Positions 23,886-37,943 of a stretch of DNA of 64,000 nucleotides are shown here, piece after piece. Under the pieces are notes generated by a model. That model had not been told where the DNA came from. It was given only the letters and a program-made list of their open reading frames with translations, and ran no database searches. Origin of the DNA: Eledone cirrhosa (lineage: Eukaryota); contig OZ024745.1 in NCBI GenBank assembly GCA_964016885.1, positions 87,482,001 through 87,546,000 on the forward strand, written 5' to 3'. A program made the position numbers and the translations under genes. Position 1 is the stretch's first letter. Each line of letters starts with the position of its first letter.

Positions 23886-26800
23886 CCAATAACACCAACA
23901 ACAACAACATTACCACAAAGATATAAATGTCCAGGGAACACACAGACGAAAAGGAATTTTTGGCGAACATTCAATTGGTTCTTCCAGCATGAGCCATTAG
24001 ATTAGAAAGAGAAAAACACACCACTCTATCTCTACCCTACACCACCACCATCACTATCACCACCAGTATCACCATCACTATCACCACCACTACCAACACC
24101 ACTACCACCACCACCACCAGCAATGCCACTACCCCAACACAACCACTATCACCACTACTACCACCACCAGCACTGCCACTACTACCACCACAACCACTAT
24201 CACAACCACTACCACCACCACTACCATCACCACCAGCACTGCCATGACCTCACCACAACCACTATCCCCCCACTACCACCACCACTACCACCACCGCCAC
24301 CAGCACTGCCTACCCCACCACAACCACTATCTCTACCACCACCAGCACTACCACTACCCCACCATAACCACTATCGCCACCACTACCACCACCACCACCA
24401 CCACCAGCAATGCCACTACCCCAACACAACCACTATCACCACTACTACCACCACCAGCACTGCCACTACCCCACCATAACCACTATCGCCACCACTACCA
24501 CCACCACCACCACCACCAGCACTGCCACTACCCCACCATAACCACTATCGCCACCACTACCACCACCACCACCACCACCACCAGCACTGCCACTACCCCA
24601 CCACAACCACTATCACCACCACCACCAGCACTACCACTACCCCACCATAACCACTATCGCCACCACTACCACCACCACCACCACCAGCACTGCCACTACC
24701 CCACCATAACCACTATTGCTACCACTACCACCACCACCACCACCACCACCAGCACTGCCACTACCCCACCATAACCACTATCGCCACCACTACTACCACC
24801 ACCACCACCACCACCAGCACTACCACTACCACCACCACCACCACCACCACCAGCACTACCATACCCCACCATAACCACTATCGCCACCACTACCACCACC
24901 ACCACCACCACCACCAGCACTGCCACTACCCCACCATAACCACTATCGCCACCACTACCACCGCCACCAACACCACCACCAGCACTGCCACTACCCCCAC
25001 CACAACCAGTATCACCACCACCACTACTACCACCACCACCAGCACTGCCACTACCCCACCATAACCACTATCACCACCACTACGACCAACACTACCACCA
25101 CCACCAGCACTGCCACTACCCCACTACAACCACTATCACAACCACTACCACCACCACTACCACCACCACTAGCACTGCCACTACCCCACCACAACCACTA
25201 TCACCATCACTATCACCACCACTACCATCACCACTACCACCACCACCACCGCTACCAGCACTGCCACTACCCCCACCACGACCCCTATCACCCCCACTAC
25301 CACCATTGCCACCAGCACTGCCACTCTCCACCACAACCACTATCACCTCCACTACCACGACCACTACCACCACCACCACCACACTGCCACTCTTCACCAC
25401 AACCACTGTCACCCCCACTACCACCACCACTACCACCACCACCACCAGCACTGCCACTATCCCACCACAACCACTATCACCACCCCTACTACCACCACCA
25501 CTACCAGCAATGCCACTATCCCACCACAACCACTATCACCACTACTACCACCACCACCACCAGCACAACCACTACCCCACCACAACCACTATCACCATCA
25601 CTACTACCACCACCACCACCAGCACTGCCACTTCCCCACCACAATTACTATCACCCTCACTACCACCGCCACCACCAGCACTGCCACTATTCCACCACAA
25701 CCAATATAACCACCACTACCACCAGCAATGCCACTATCCCACCACAACCACTATCACCACTACTACCACCACCAGCACTGCCACTGCCCCACAACAATTA
25801 CTATTACCCCCACTACCTCCACCACTACCACCACCACCACCAGCACAGCCACTACCCCACCACAACCACTATCACCACCACTACCATCACCACAAGCAAT
25901 GCTACTATACCACCACAACTACTGACACCACCACTACCATCACCACCACCACCAGCAATGCCACTATCCCAACACAACCACTATCACCACTACTACCACC
26001 ACCAGCACTGCCACTACCCCACCACAACCACTATCACAACCACTACCACCACCACTACCATCACCACCAGCACTGCCATTACCTCACCACAACCACTATC
26101 ACCATCACTATCACCATCACAATCACCACCACTACCACTACCACCAGCACTGCCACTACCCCACGGCAACCACTATCACCCTCACTACCACCACGACTAC
26201 CACCGCCACCACCAGCACTGCCACTATCCCACCACAACCACTATAACCACCACTACCACCACCACCACCACCAACAATGCAACTATCCCACCACAACCAC
26301 TACCACCACTACTACCACCACCACCACCACCAGCACTGCCACTACCCCACCACAACCACTATAACCACCACTACCACCACCACCACCACCACCACCACCA
26401 GCAATGCCACTATCCCACCACAACCACTATCACCACCACTACCACCACCACCACTACCAGCAATGCTACTATACCACTACAACCACTATCACCACCACTA
26501 CCACCACCAGCACTGCCACTACCCCACCACAGCCACTATCACAGCGACTACCACCACCACTACCATCACCCCCAGCACTGCCATTACCCCAGCACAACCA
26601 CTATCACCATCACTATCACCATCACCATCACCATCACCACGACTACCACCACTACCACCAGCACTGCCACTACCCCACCACAGCCACTATCACCACCACT
26701 TCCACCACCACTACCATCACCCCCAGCACTGCCATTACCCCAGCACAACCACTATCACCATCACTATCACCATCACCATCAGCATCACCACGACTACCAC

Positions 26801-28060
26801 CACTACCACCAGTACTGCCACTACCCCACCAAACCACTATCACCACCACTTCCACCACCACTACCACCACCAGCACTGCCGCTACCCCACCACTACTACC
26901 ACCACTACCACCACCCACACTGCCACTACCACACCATAACCACTATTACCACCACTACTACCACCAATAACACCACTGCTACTACCCCACAGCAACCACT
27001 ATCATCATCACTACCACCACCACTATCACCAGTACTATACCACCACCACTACCATCACCACTAGCATTACCTCACCACTATTACCCCACCACTATTACCC
27101 CACCACTATTACCACCACGACTACCACCAGCATTATACCACCAGCACTACCACCACCACTATTAACCCACCACTATTACCCCACCACTATCATCACCACC
27201 ACTACCAACAACAGCAGCAGCAATAGCAGCAGCAATCATATCTAAAATAACAACAATAGCAACAATAACACTAGCACCATCGCTAACAAGAGTACTATTG
27301 CGTGCCACATCACCAACACCATTCCTACGACGACGACGACGACCACCACCACCACTACCACTACCACCAACAACAGCAACAACAATAGCAGCAGCATTAG
27401 TATCAACAGCAACAATAACATAAGCAATAATATGAACCATTACACCATATCCTGCACCAACACCACCACCACCATCAACGCCACTACCACTACGCCCCAA
27501 ACCAGCACCATCACCATTACCACCACTACCACCATCAACACCACCGGCAACACCACCGCCACCACCACCAACACAACTACCACCACCGCCACTATCGGCA
27601 CCATTACCCGCACTACCAACAGCAACACCACCACTACCCCCACCTGCACCAGTACCAGCAGCAGCAACAACACCAACATCATCAGCATCACCACCACCAC
27701 CACTACCACCACCATCAATGCAAATACTACCACCACCACCACCACCACCGTCATCAACACAACTACTCCACCGGCACCACCAGCACTACCACTATCAACA
27801 CAACTACTACCACCACAAGCACCACCACCACTACCACCACCACCACTACCACCACCACCACTACCACCAACACCACCATCATCAACACAAGTATTCCACC
27901 AGCAGCACCACCACCACCAGCACCACCAGCACAACCACCATCAACACAACTACTACCAACCATCACCAGCACCAGCACCAACACCTCTACCAGCACCACC
28001 ACCACCACTACTACCACTACCACCACCACTACCACCACCACAACTACTACCCCCCATTGC
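23665..28060. repeat. (CAC/CAA/CTA)n low-complexity tract with higher-order minisatellite
   Basis: Recurring unit CCAGCACTGCCACTACCCCACCACAACCACTATCACC(ACC)n. The ORFs here are poly-T/P/H artefacts. Confidence 0.9.
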
Positions 28061-28775
28061 CCCCCACCGAAGAAATCAATGAACCAAAACCAAATTCCTA
28101 TGTTCTCTAAAGATTTACTCCCTACATCCTACCTAATCCATTTTCTTATATAAATGAATTACCCCCTATCATTTCTCTCTCCCCATACCTGACCACCCTG
28201 AATTACGTCCCCCTGCATATTAACTCTCTAAAAAGGGAAATCATATCAAACCCCAGACTACCATTTGTCTCCATCATGGATCAACTAAGCACTCTTGCCA
28301 TAATAGCACATGTTGAACTGCTTATCTTCAAGAACTATGCTTGTAAATAATATTATTTTTTCTTTCCCATTACCTTATCATGTTCCACATTACCCCCTTT
28401 TTTTTCTTTTTTCTTTTCACTTCAAAAACCTTGTTTGTAAATAACATTATTCTTTCTTCCCCATTTCCTTAACATGTTCAACATCACCAACATTTTACAC
28501 CAATACAAATTCTCCCCTTTGATAATGCATGAAATGCTGAAACCGGTAATAGACAATTATTAAATATATAAATAAATAAATAAATGCCATTGTTAATTAA
28601 TAAATAAATTAACTAATACCTTAACACTTCACATAAAGTAAAATATTTTTTTTAAAACATTTTCTAACCCAGAAAAAAATAAAAAGGAAAAAAATATGAT
28701 TTTCTTCCTAATAATCGTCTTTTTCTCCCTACTTTCATATATATATATATACATGTTTGCTCCTTCTCCACATTT

Positions 28776-28817
<42 letters not shown>

Positions 28818-28966
28818 TTTTTTTTTCTAGTATATGTTGGTTGTATACCAACACCCCAGTATGCAGATTGGAGCACTTGACGAAGTGCGCTGGTTGGTTT
28901 GGTTACTCCGGAGTAATGTAAAATAAAATAAATAAGTCAAATGTTTAAAATTTGGCTTCGTTTATT

Positions 28967-29021
28967 ACTGCTAAATATATTTCGGTGACAGCCATCTTTG
29001 GTTGTGACCTCTTCAGGCAGT
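28967..29021 (-). ncRNA. Minimal type I hammerhead (family H4)
   Basis: ACUGC-CUGAAGA-[GGUCACAACCA-AAGA-UGGCUGUCACC]-GAAA-UAUAUU-UA-GCAGU, followed by AAUAAA. The stem III region AAAUAUAUUU is self-complementary. Confidence 0.8.
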
Positions 29022-29460
29022 CCGAATTAGTGTGGTAGAGACGAGTACACATGTTGTTGAGGTGTTTAACTTTGTCAATACTCTGATATGCCCAGTTCCT
29101 GGTTGGGTTGTTATTTCACTGAGGAATTGGAATCATATATATCATATGTCATTTGTACTCGCTAAGAATGTAGCTTCTAATTTGAATGGAAGGAGTTGGG
29201 TGATGTGTTGGTGCAAATGGTAGCACAGTGGTCTGGATAACCAAAGATGTGGGTTCTTCTCCCATGTACGTCAATACTCATCTTTTTCCATTTAGCTGAG
29301 GGTTCTAAACCACATTATCAGACTAAAATTTCTTTAGTAAAAAAATACGGTGACAGCTATTCTATTTTCTAATTTCAAACATGCTCACTGATTCAAAACA
29401 TATTTACTTGTCATTTGTACTCGCTAAGAATGTAGCTTCTAATTTGACTGGAAGGAGATG

Positions 29461-29535
29461 GGTGATGTGTTGGTGTAAATGGTAGCACAGTGGTCTGGAT
29501 AACCAAAGATGTGGGTTCGACTCCCATGTACGTCA
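29461..29535 (+). promoter_or_regulatory. tRNA-like Pol III A/B-box cassette (second copy at ~29199-29272)
   Basis: A box TGGTGTAAATGGTAGCAC and B box GGTTCGACTCCC. It does not form a clean cloverleaf. Confidence 0.55.
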
Positions 29536-29588
29536 ATAGTCATCTTTTTCGATTAATCTGAGGGTTCTAAACCCAATTATCAGACTAA

Positions 29589-29638
<50 letters not shown>

Positions 29639-29686
29639 ATATATGTAGAATTCACAAGAATCAAGGCTATGTTCAAAGCATTTATT

Positions 29687-29733
29687 CACTTACAATTGTT
29701 TCTTCCAAACCTAGGCTTGGTGTCTTCGGAGCA
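29687..29733 (-). ncRNA. Hammerhead-like motif in the PLE-A 3' pLTR (CCGAAGA core variant)
   Basis: GCU-CCGAAGA-CA[CCAAGC-CUAG-GUUUGG]AA-GAAAC-AAUU-GUA-AGU, with palindromic stem III ACAAUUGU. Confidence 0.55.
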
Positions 29734-31216
29734 TTTTTCAATGTTTGTACACATAATTTACCTCCTTTCCAACGCAAGAGACATACAGATACATATATAT
29801 ATATATTGATGTACAGTGGAGTGGCATATATAATACTATACTATTTTTGTACAGCAATTCAAATTCAAAATCAAAATCAAAATTAAAATAAAATCAAAAT
29901 TAAAATACATTCGGCAGATAACACAGATAATGCAAGAGGATTGTTTGATAGTCAGGTCTAGTAGGTAGTGCATGCGTTAGTTTACGTCTCATTTTTATAC
30001 TATTATTGTGTGGCAGGGTGCTACACGTAATGCAAGCACTTTAAGCGGGTAAGCAAGATTATTATGGTGGTTGTAGTGGTAAGGTATTTGTTGTACAGAA
30101 CAAAAAAGTATGTGTGCAGAAAAATAAAAATAAAAAGAAGAAGCAAAAGAAAGTAATGGTTTTCGTATCCACCATCATTTTCACATTCAGAAAAGGTAAG
30201 ATATAGTTTCTACATCCATCACATAAGTAACAATGATTCCGTATTGAATGTTTGATGAATTAAAATAAATTATTTTAGCGTATTGAGGCTCAGTGTTATT
30301 TAATCCAAGTTTATAGAATAGCTTGATTCTGCTGCGAGAATTTACAGCGGTTTATTACCCGGAAGTATGTTTGTAACTAAGGGGAGTTAATGCGTAAGGG
30401 GAGGTAACTAGCCGAATCTCATAACTAAATTCATTGTTCCAACATACAATATAAGGCGCCTCAATTGAGTCCCTTATATAGACGGTTATACATTTATATC
30501 TAGTTTCCAATTTTAAATACAGTCTACTCTATCATGATGTACTAAAGGTATCTATATTAAGTTGATTACTCCCCCTTATATAGTGCTACAATTGAATATT
30601 CCATACAAAGTGCCATACCTTTATATCAAAGTTCACTGTAAATGCAGTCTACTCTTAGAACATATCAGGGGACCTATTAGAATTTTGTTTACATAACTCC
30701 TGGCAAGTTACGGAGCAGCGTATGGCTGTTTGCACAGCAAAACAAAATACATCTCTAGGGCAGACAAATATATCCCTCATTTACAATGTCATTAATCTAT
30801 CCATCAATTTATACTTGCATATATCATTCATATATAATTCATACATAATTCATTGCAGTACTCTACATATAAGTTAGACAGATCTCTTATGTTAATAAAG
30901 TAATCTTATATATATCCAATGTTATCACTCCATACATTTAATTACAAATGCATAAATAATTCATTGCCATATCTAGTATTTAAAGTTTATATAAAGTTTA
31001 TATAGACTGTATTGTATCATTATATAATTATAAGTAATTGAAAATAGTTATAATAAAAGTAGGTGTTTATGGGGATATTTCTATTGTATAACGTTATAGA
31101 TAGATGGAATGATTTGTGTCGATATAGGGTGGATCAGAGAGTGTGGAGTTGTGGTGTAAGGTGTGCCCTTGAGGTGTGGTGTTAGAAGTGGTGATGGGTT
31201 CAAGTCCGACATTATT

Positions 31217-33614
31217 ATATATTGGGTTTAAAGTTTTGGAAGGAGTGCCGGAAGCGGTGCTGGCACGACGCAAACACTTCCGATTTTTTTTTATTAAGGA
31301 GGTTATGGTTTGAGATTATAGTATGGGTCTCTAGTAGACAGAGGTTACAGAATTTATTAGGTGGTTTGTACGATGCCGCGTTACCTATCACTTCCCATTG
31401 AAGTGTATAAGATCTATTTCTAGTTTTTAGATAGTGTATGTAGCTAGATAGTTAAGTGGAGTTGGCTAGACTGTGTTTTTTTAAAGAATGGAGGTGTGAA
31501 TTGTATCTGGTTTTGAAGCAGTTCGAAGTAGCGCCTATATAGGTTTCAGAAGAGTTGCTAGTTCTGACGGTGCATGAATATATGATGTCCTTGATTAAGC
31601 AGTTTTTATCTAAAGGGCAGGTTCTATTAGATCTATAGTTACAATTATTTTGGATGTTAACCTGCCGGTTATTATGTTGTGTAGAAGTCTGGTTGCTAGG
31701 TATTGCAATATGGTTATGGGGGTAGTCGCTTCTAGCGTTATTGCTTTCACTAGTGCTATTACTATTATTACTATTGATATTAGGGTTTTCAGGTATTATG
31801 TTGTTTTGAAGGTTTACCCCCTGCTACTAGCTATGTGGTATGCTATGTTAGGCGTGGTAGAGTAGGAGATTTTAATGGTCTTTTTATTTATAAGACTATG
31901 GTACTTGTGGTCAGATGGGAAGTTTTTATCTAGGAGTGAGAAGAAAGGCTTAGATAGGTTGGTAGAGACGTTTAGATTGAAGGGGGGTTGAAAAATGTAT
32001 TATTTCTTCTTCTAATTTTGTTTTTTATGTCTGGTGAGATGCTTCCTTTTATAGTATTTTGGTGTCCTCCCTGGTGTGGGTTACGTTTGTTGCCACCCTT
32101 CGTACTAGTGTGTGTGCGGTTATTATTCTTATTACTATTTTCCCTCATGGACTTATTGTGCGAAATAATGTTGTAACTAGGTAGGAACTCGATCTCATTA
32201 TTATGGCCTGATCTAGCTAATGGCTGATTATAGTATTGTGAGTTTTTGCTAAATATGGTTTCGTCATAAGATAGATTAGAGATTCTATTGGATATTCCTT
32301 TAGAGATAGAGCTTAATATTGATCTAGGGTGGTTAGAATTGGTATCTACGTAAATCAGTTTTTCGTTAGGTTTATGGAATGGTGTATATATCTTAGAGTC
32401 TAGATAAAGGGTGGCATCTAGGAAGTTAACGTTTTTAGTGTTTTTGTCTATGGTGATATTTAGGTTATAGATTTTGAAAGTCTTGTGCAATAGTTTTCTA
32501 GTTCTTTCTCTATTAAATTTTTTATAGTCTATAAGGAGAAGTGCATCATCGCGGTACAAACCACCGTGAAGGTATGGAAGGTCCTTATGGATTTCGTTTA
32601 GTAAGTATAGGCCCACCACATCAGTGACTTGGGCCGAGTCACTAGATCCCATGGTTATGTCGAAGTTGCTATGCGTATCCTTGCGGGTCCATAACTGGTC
32701 TTCAAAAGTGATTACGGTTTTACGGGCCGCAAGTATGACATCAATCTGGGGTCTAGTCAGGTCACTATTGTTCATGGCCATAATTAGTGACTTATTTAAT
32801 AGGATAGGGGAAATAGAGGTGTAGTATGAATTGATATCAAGTTGAATAATTTTTTTATTTTTGTTTTCCTTGATGATATCTTTAAACCATTCAATAACTT
32901 CACGCGTATTTACCCATTGTTTAAGGTATATTTTGTGTTTAATCTGTGGGATGATTTTATCTAAAATGTTCTTACTGATAATGCCAATGTCAGACTTGGA
33001 AGGGCAGATTAGTCTAATCGAGGGGTTACTAATGAAATCCTCCTTATGGTCCTTCAGAGAGAATCTAGGGGGATTTGGGTGTATGGTTGTGTATGTCTCT
33101 GAAGTCCTAGTTTGGACACTATATTAATGCCTTCTATATTAATATCTTCTAGGTTTTTCATAGTAGTTTTCTTGTAGCTCTTATGTGGTTAACCATATAT
33201 AAACTTTCTATATGTATCATAATCTAGGCTGTATATGTTATTAGTTTTGTCCGCATGCACAATAATTTTACTACTTGTTTTGAATCCCTTAATAGAGGAG
33301 TTAAGTTTGTTTAAGAAGGCGTTGCTTCTATTACGATGCTTTTTGTATTTAATGTTCTTAACTAGTTATATTAGGTCATTTTCAAAGGAGTTTAGTAGTG
33401 TGTTGTGAGGGGGGATTCTAAAAGTTTTAAAGCCGAAGGAGTCAAATTTGTTAGTATTATCATTTTTGTTAGATTTGTTTTTATCATAATGGAATGTCCT
33501 CCATCTCACTCTATTGATAAAGGAGTTGACACTATTGAACAATAATTTCTCGTACGTATCCTTGGATGGTATTGGTATGTTCTTGGTTGACATAGGAAGT
33601 TGGTCTTTGATCAT
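31217..33614 (-). pseudogene. PLE-A reverse transcriptase + GIY-YIG endonuclease ORF (frameshifts and stops)
   Basis: STKNIPIPS, FDITMGSSDSAQVTDVVGLYLL, GLYRDD, NFLD, SNHP, then CPLDKNCLIKDIIY..TYIGATSNCFKTRYNSH..CNLCLLE..LLNKKSE. Confidence 0.9.
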
Positions 33615-33854
33615 CAGACTGGTAATTTAATGTATAAGCTCAACAGTATGGAGCAGTTAATAATATTAGGGATACTATTTATGGTTATGTATATATTAAA
33701 ACTTTTTTAAAATTATGTATATATTAAACCCTAAACAGTGAAGGTCAGTAATTTATTACTACCTTATTACCAATAAGATAACTAGCATCAGTTGTTCTAC
33801 AGAGCAGTTATATAGAATTCACAAGAATCAAAGCTATGTTCAAAGCATTTATTC

Positions 33855-33899
33855 ACTTACAATTGTTTCATCCAACCTAGGCTTGGTGTCTTCGGAGAA
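33855..33899 (-). ncRNA. Hammerhead-like motif in the PLE-A 5' pLTR (CCGAAGA core variant)
   Basis: UCU-CCGAAGA-CA[CCAA-GCCUAGG-UUGG]AU-GAAAC-AAUU-GUA-AGU. Confidence 0.5.
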
Positions 33900-33954
33900 T
33901 TTTTCAATGTTTGTACACATAATTGACCTCCTTTCCAACGCAACAGATATACAG

Positions 33955-33994
<40 letters not shown>

Positions 33995-34168
33995 ATGTAC
34001 AGTGGAGTGGCATATATTATACTATACTATTTTTGTACAGCAATTCAAATTCAAAATAAAAATAAAAATTAAAATTAAAATCAAAATCAAAATTAAAATG
34101 TATATATATGTATGTATATATATATATGTATGTATATATAGGTACGTATATATATATATATATATGTA

Positions 34169-35567
34169 TACTCTTTTACTCTTTTACCTGTTTCAGCCAT
34201 CCGGCTGAGGCCATGCTGGGGCACCGCCCTTGTTGCTACACATTTTATCTCCAGCCTGTATAGGTTGGCCACTGGTGTAGGAGGGAGTTTGTTGCTGCTG
34301 CCCTTAGGTTTCCCTCGTGTCTTGCTGTGGGCTCATCCGGGATCCTGGATAACAAGGTGTCGAGATTTTTCTTAAAGACATCTACCTCCACGTCATGCAA
34401 GTCTCGCAGATGCCTCGGCAGCCTGTTGAAGAGTTGAGGGCCCTTGAATCCCAGGCTATTGCAATACCTGCTCCTTATTCTAGATGTGGAAGACGGGACC
34501 TTTGGCACCACACAGTGACGTCCTGTTCGACGGTTGGTCCAGCTCCCAATGCCAAAGTTTGGTGCTAGTCCCTCCAGGATTTTCCACATGTAGATCACTG
34601 CGTATCTCTCCCGTCTTCGCTCCAAGGAGTAGAGGTTCAGTTCCTTCAGCCTCTCCCAGTAGCTTGTCTCCTCATCTTGGCAATCCTCTTGGTGTAGCTT
34701 CGCTGGATTGCCTCAAGCTCCGTGGTTAGTTTGACACTATGGGGTGACCACAGCTGGGAGCAGTAGTCCAGGCGGCTTAGGACAAATGTCCTCCACAGTG
34801 TCAACATGGTGTCTCGATCTCTTGTAAGGAAAGTCCTCAAGATCCAGCCAGCGAATCGTCTACATGCTGTCGCCACCTTCATGATGTGTGAAGAAAAAGA
34901 TGCATCATCGCTCATGTCTATGCCCAGGTCTCGTATCGATTTTGACACGGGGATTTCGGTCCCTTCTGGTCCTGTGTAGCTGTGTTCCGCTATATTTGTG
35001 TTTGTGTTTGCAGGTTTGTATTGTAGGGCTTGGAATTTGCCAGCATTAAACTGCATGTTGTTTTCTTCCGCCCATCTGTATATGGCATCCAGATCCTGCT
35101 GTAAGAGGGCAGCGTCAGCTGGGTTTTTGATTGCCTGTGCTACCTTAGTGTCATCAGCATAGCTAGTGAGGGATGTTGTTGCATGCACCACAGAGGGCAT
35201 GTCCGAGAGAGCCACCAAAAACAGTAGTGGTCCCAGGACTGTCCCCTGAGGCACCCCACTTGTTATCGGTGTTTCCCTTGAGAGGGCCCTATTTGCTGCG
35301 ACTGCCTGGCTTCTGTCCCTTAGGAAGCCATGCAGCCACTCACCTACTTTTCCAGTTATGCCGAGTCCGTGTAGTTTGTGACATATCATTCCGTGGTCGA
35401 CCTTGTCAAAGGCCTTCGCAAAGTCAAGATATATCACATCTACATGTGAGCTGTCTAGTAGTTGTCTCAGTACCCAGTCGTAGTGATGTAGCAGCTGTGT
35501 AAGGCAGCTTCTTCCTGGGCGGAAGCCATGTTGCGTGCTAGTCAGGCGGTCATTTTCTTCGAGGAAA
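34169..35567 (-). mobile_element. 5'-truncated CR1-group LINE (RT to 3' tail)
   Basis: YLDFAKAFDKVDH, SGVPQGTVLGPLLFL and YADD. The 3' UTR has a stem-loop TCAGCC-GGAT-GGCTGA and a (GTAAAAGA)n tail. Confidence 0.9.
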
Positions 35568-35585
35568 TGTGTGTATATATATATG

Positions 35586-35655
<70 letters not shown>

Positions 35656-35801
35656 AACCAGTAAGACCCCGACAGCTGAGCTCAAGCCGTTTCGACGGCT
35701 AATTCTGGACTAAAATGGTTCCTATTACCCACTCTACTACCTCAAGTATTGAGTACTTTGGTGCGTTATGGTCCACCTGGTTCCTTACCACATTTCCTTC
35801 G

Positions 35802-37121
<1,320 letters not shown>

Positions 37122-37890
37122 TCTAGGGCGGGTAAAATTCCAGAGATCCATGGACGAGTTGTTTCAAGCGGTCTCTGCCCTCATTATCACTGGCATGTCC
37201 TGCCTCTCGAACAGCCAAGTGTCTGTCCTTAGGGCATCAACATACGTTAACCTTGAATGCTCAATTTGCCGACGACATAGTTTTGGTGACAAATACAGTG
37301 GAGGCAGAGGATTTGATGCAGGAAGTTGAGACTGTGTCGATGAGTGTTGGGCTGAGAATGAATGAGACTAAGACAAAATGTCTGGTAGAGAATGTTGAGA
37401 AGCTAGAGGGGATTACTAATGTAGGTGGGAAACGGCTGGAATTAGTAGAGGACTTTCTGTATTTGGGAGCAAAGATTGGGAATACGGAAGATGATGTGGT
37501 TGAGAGGAAGAGCAAAGCCTGTGCGGCGTGCCAGAGCTTGAGATCGGTATGGAAGTCGGAAATTCGAGAAGACCTGAAGACCCGCCTCTTCATTGCTGTA
37601 GTGGAGTATGTGCTGCTATACGGTTCTTAGACTTGGACATGACCCAGAAACTCACTCAGATGGTGGATGGTTGGTACACAAGAATTCTGAGGACGGCTCT
37701 GAACATTAATCAGTATACAATGAGGATGAAAAACTCAGAGCTATAAGGGAGTCTCCCAAAAGTCAGCTCAAAAGTGACACAGAGCAGACTGGGGTTAGCT
37801 GGACATTCTCACTGACATCCAGAGTTGACACTGCACTCAGTGCCCCTGTGGGAGCCCCTGCATTGACAAACTGGAAGAGGAAGACCAAGG
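37122..37890. mobile_element. RTE-clade LINE fragment with internal inversion
   Basis: Plus 37255-37890 encodes FADDIVL, GLRMNETKT, DFLYLG..GRGRPR. Minus 37254-37122 continues the same protein as [12 protein letters not shown]. Confidence 0.85.

Positions 37891-37942
<52 letters not shown>

Positions 37943-37943
<1 letters not shown>

Larger units (their letters stand above)
28830..29590 (-). mobile_element. Non-coding hammerhead-bearing element (family H4) with internal ~180-bp direct repeat, flanked by (TA)n
   Basis: Hammerhead at 28967-29021; 29147-29328 is repeated at 29409-29590. Confidence 0.65.
29647..34098 (-). mobile_element. Penelope-like element A, near full length, bounded by direct pseudo-LTR repeats
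   Basis: Direct repeats at 29647-29908 and 33814-34098 enclose a disrupted RT + GIY-YIG ORF. Flanked by (TA)n. Confidence 0.9.

Noticed and set aside
22080-28110. Long Thr/Pro/His/Val-rich ORFs resembling mucin or extensin
   Set aside because: They are open in several frames and on both strands because CAC/CAA repeats lack stops. There is no unique domain or splice evidence.
29461-29535. Functional tRNA gene
   Set aside because: A and B boxes are present, but the acceptor and anticodon stems do not pair properly, and the segment lies in a repeat.
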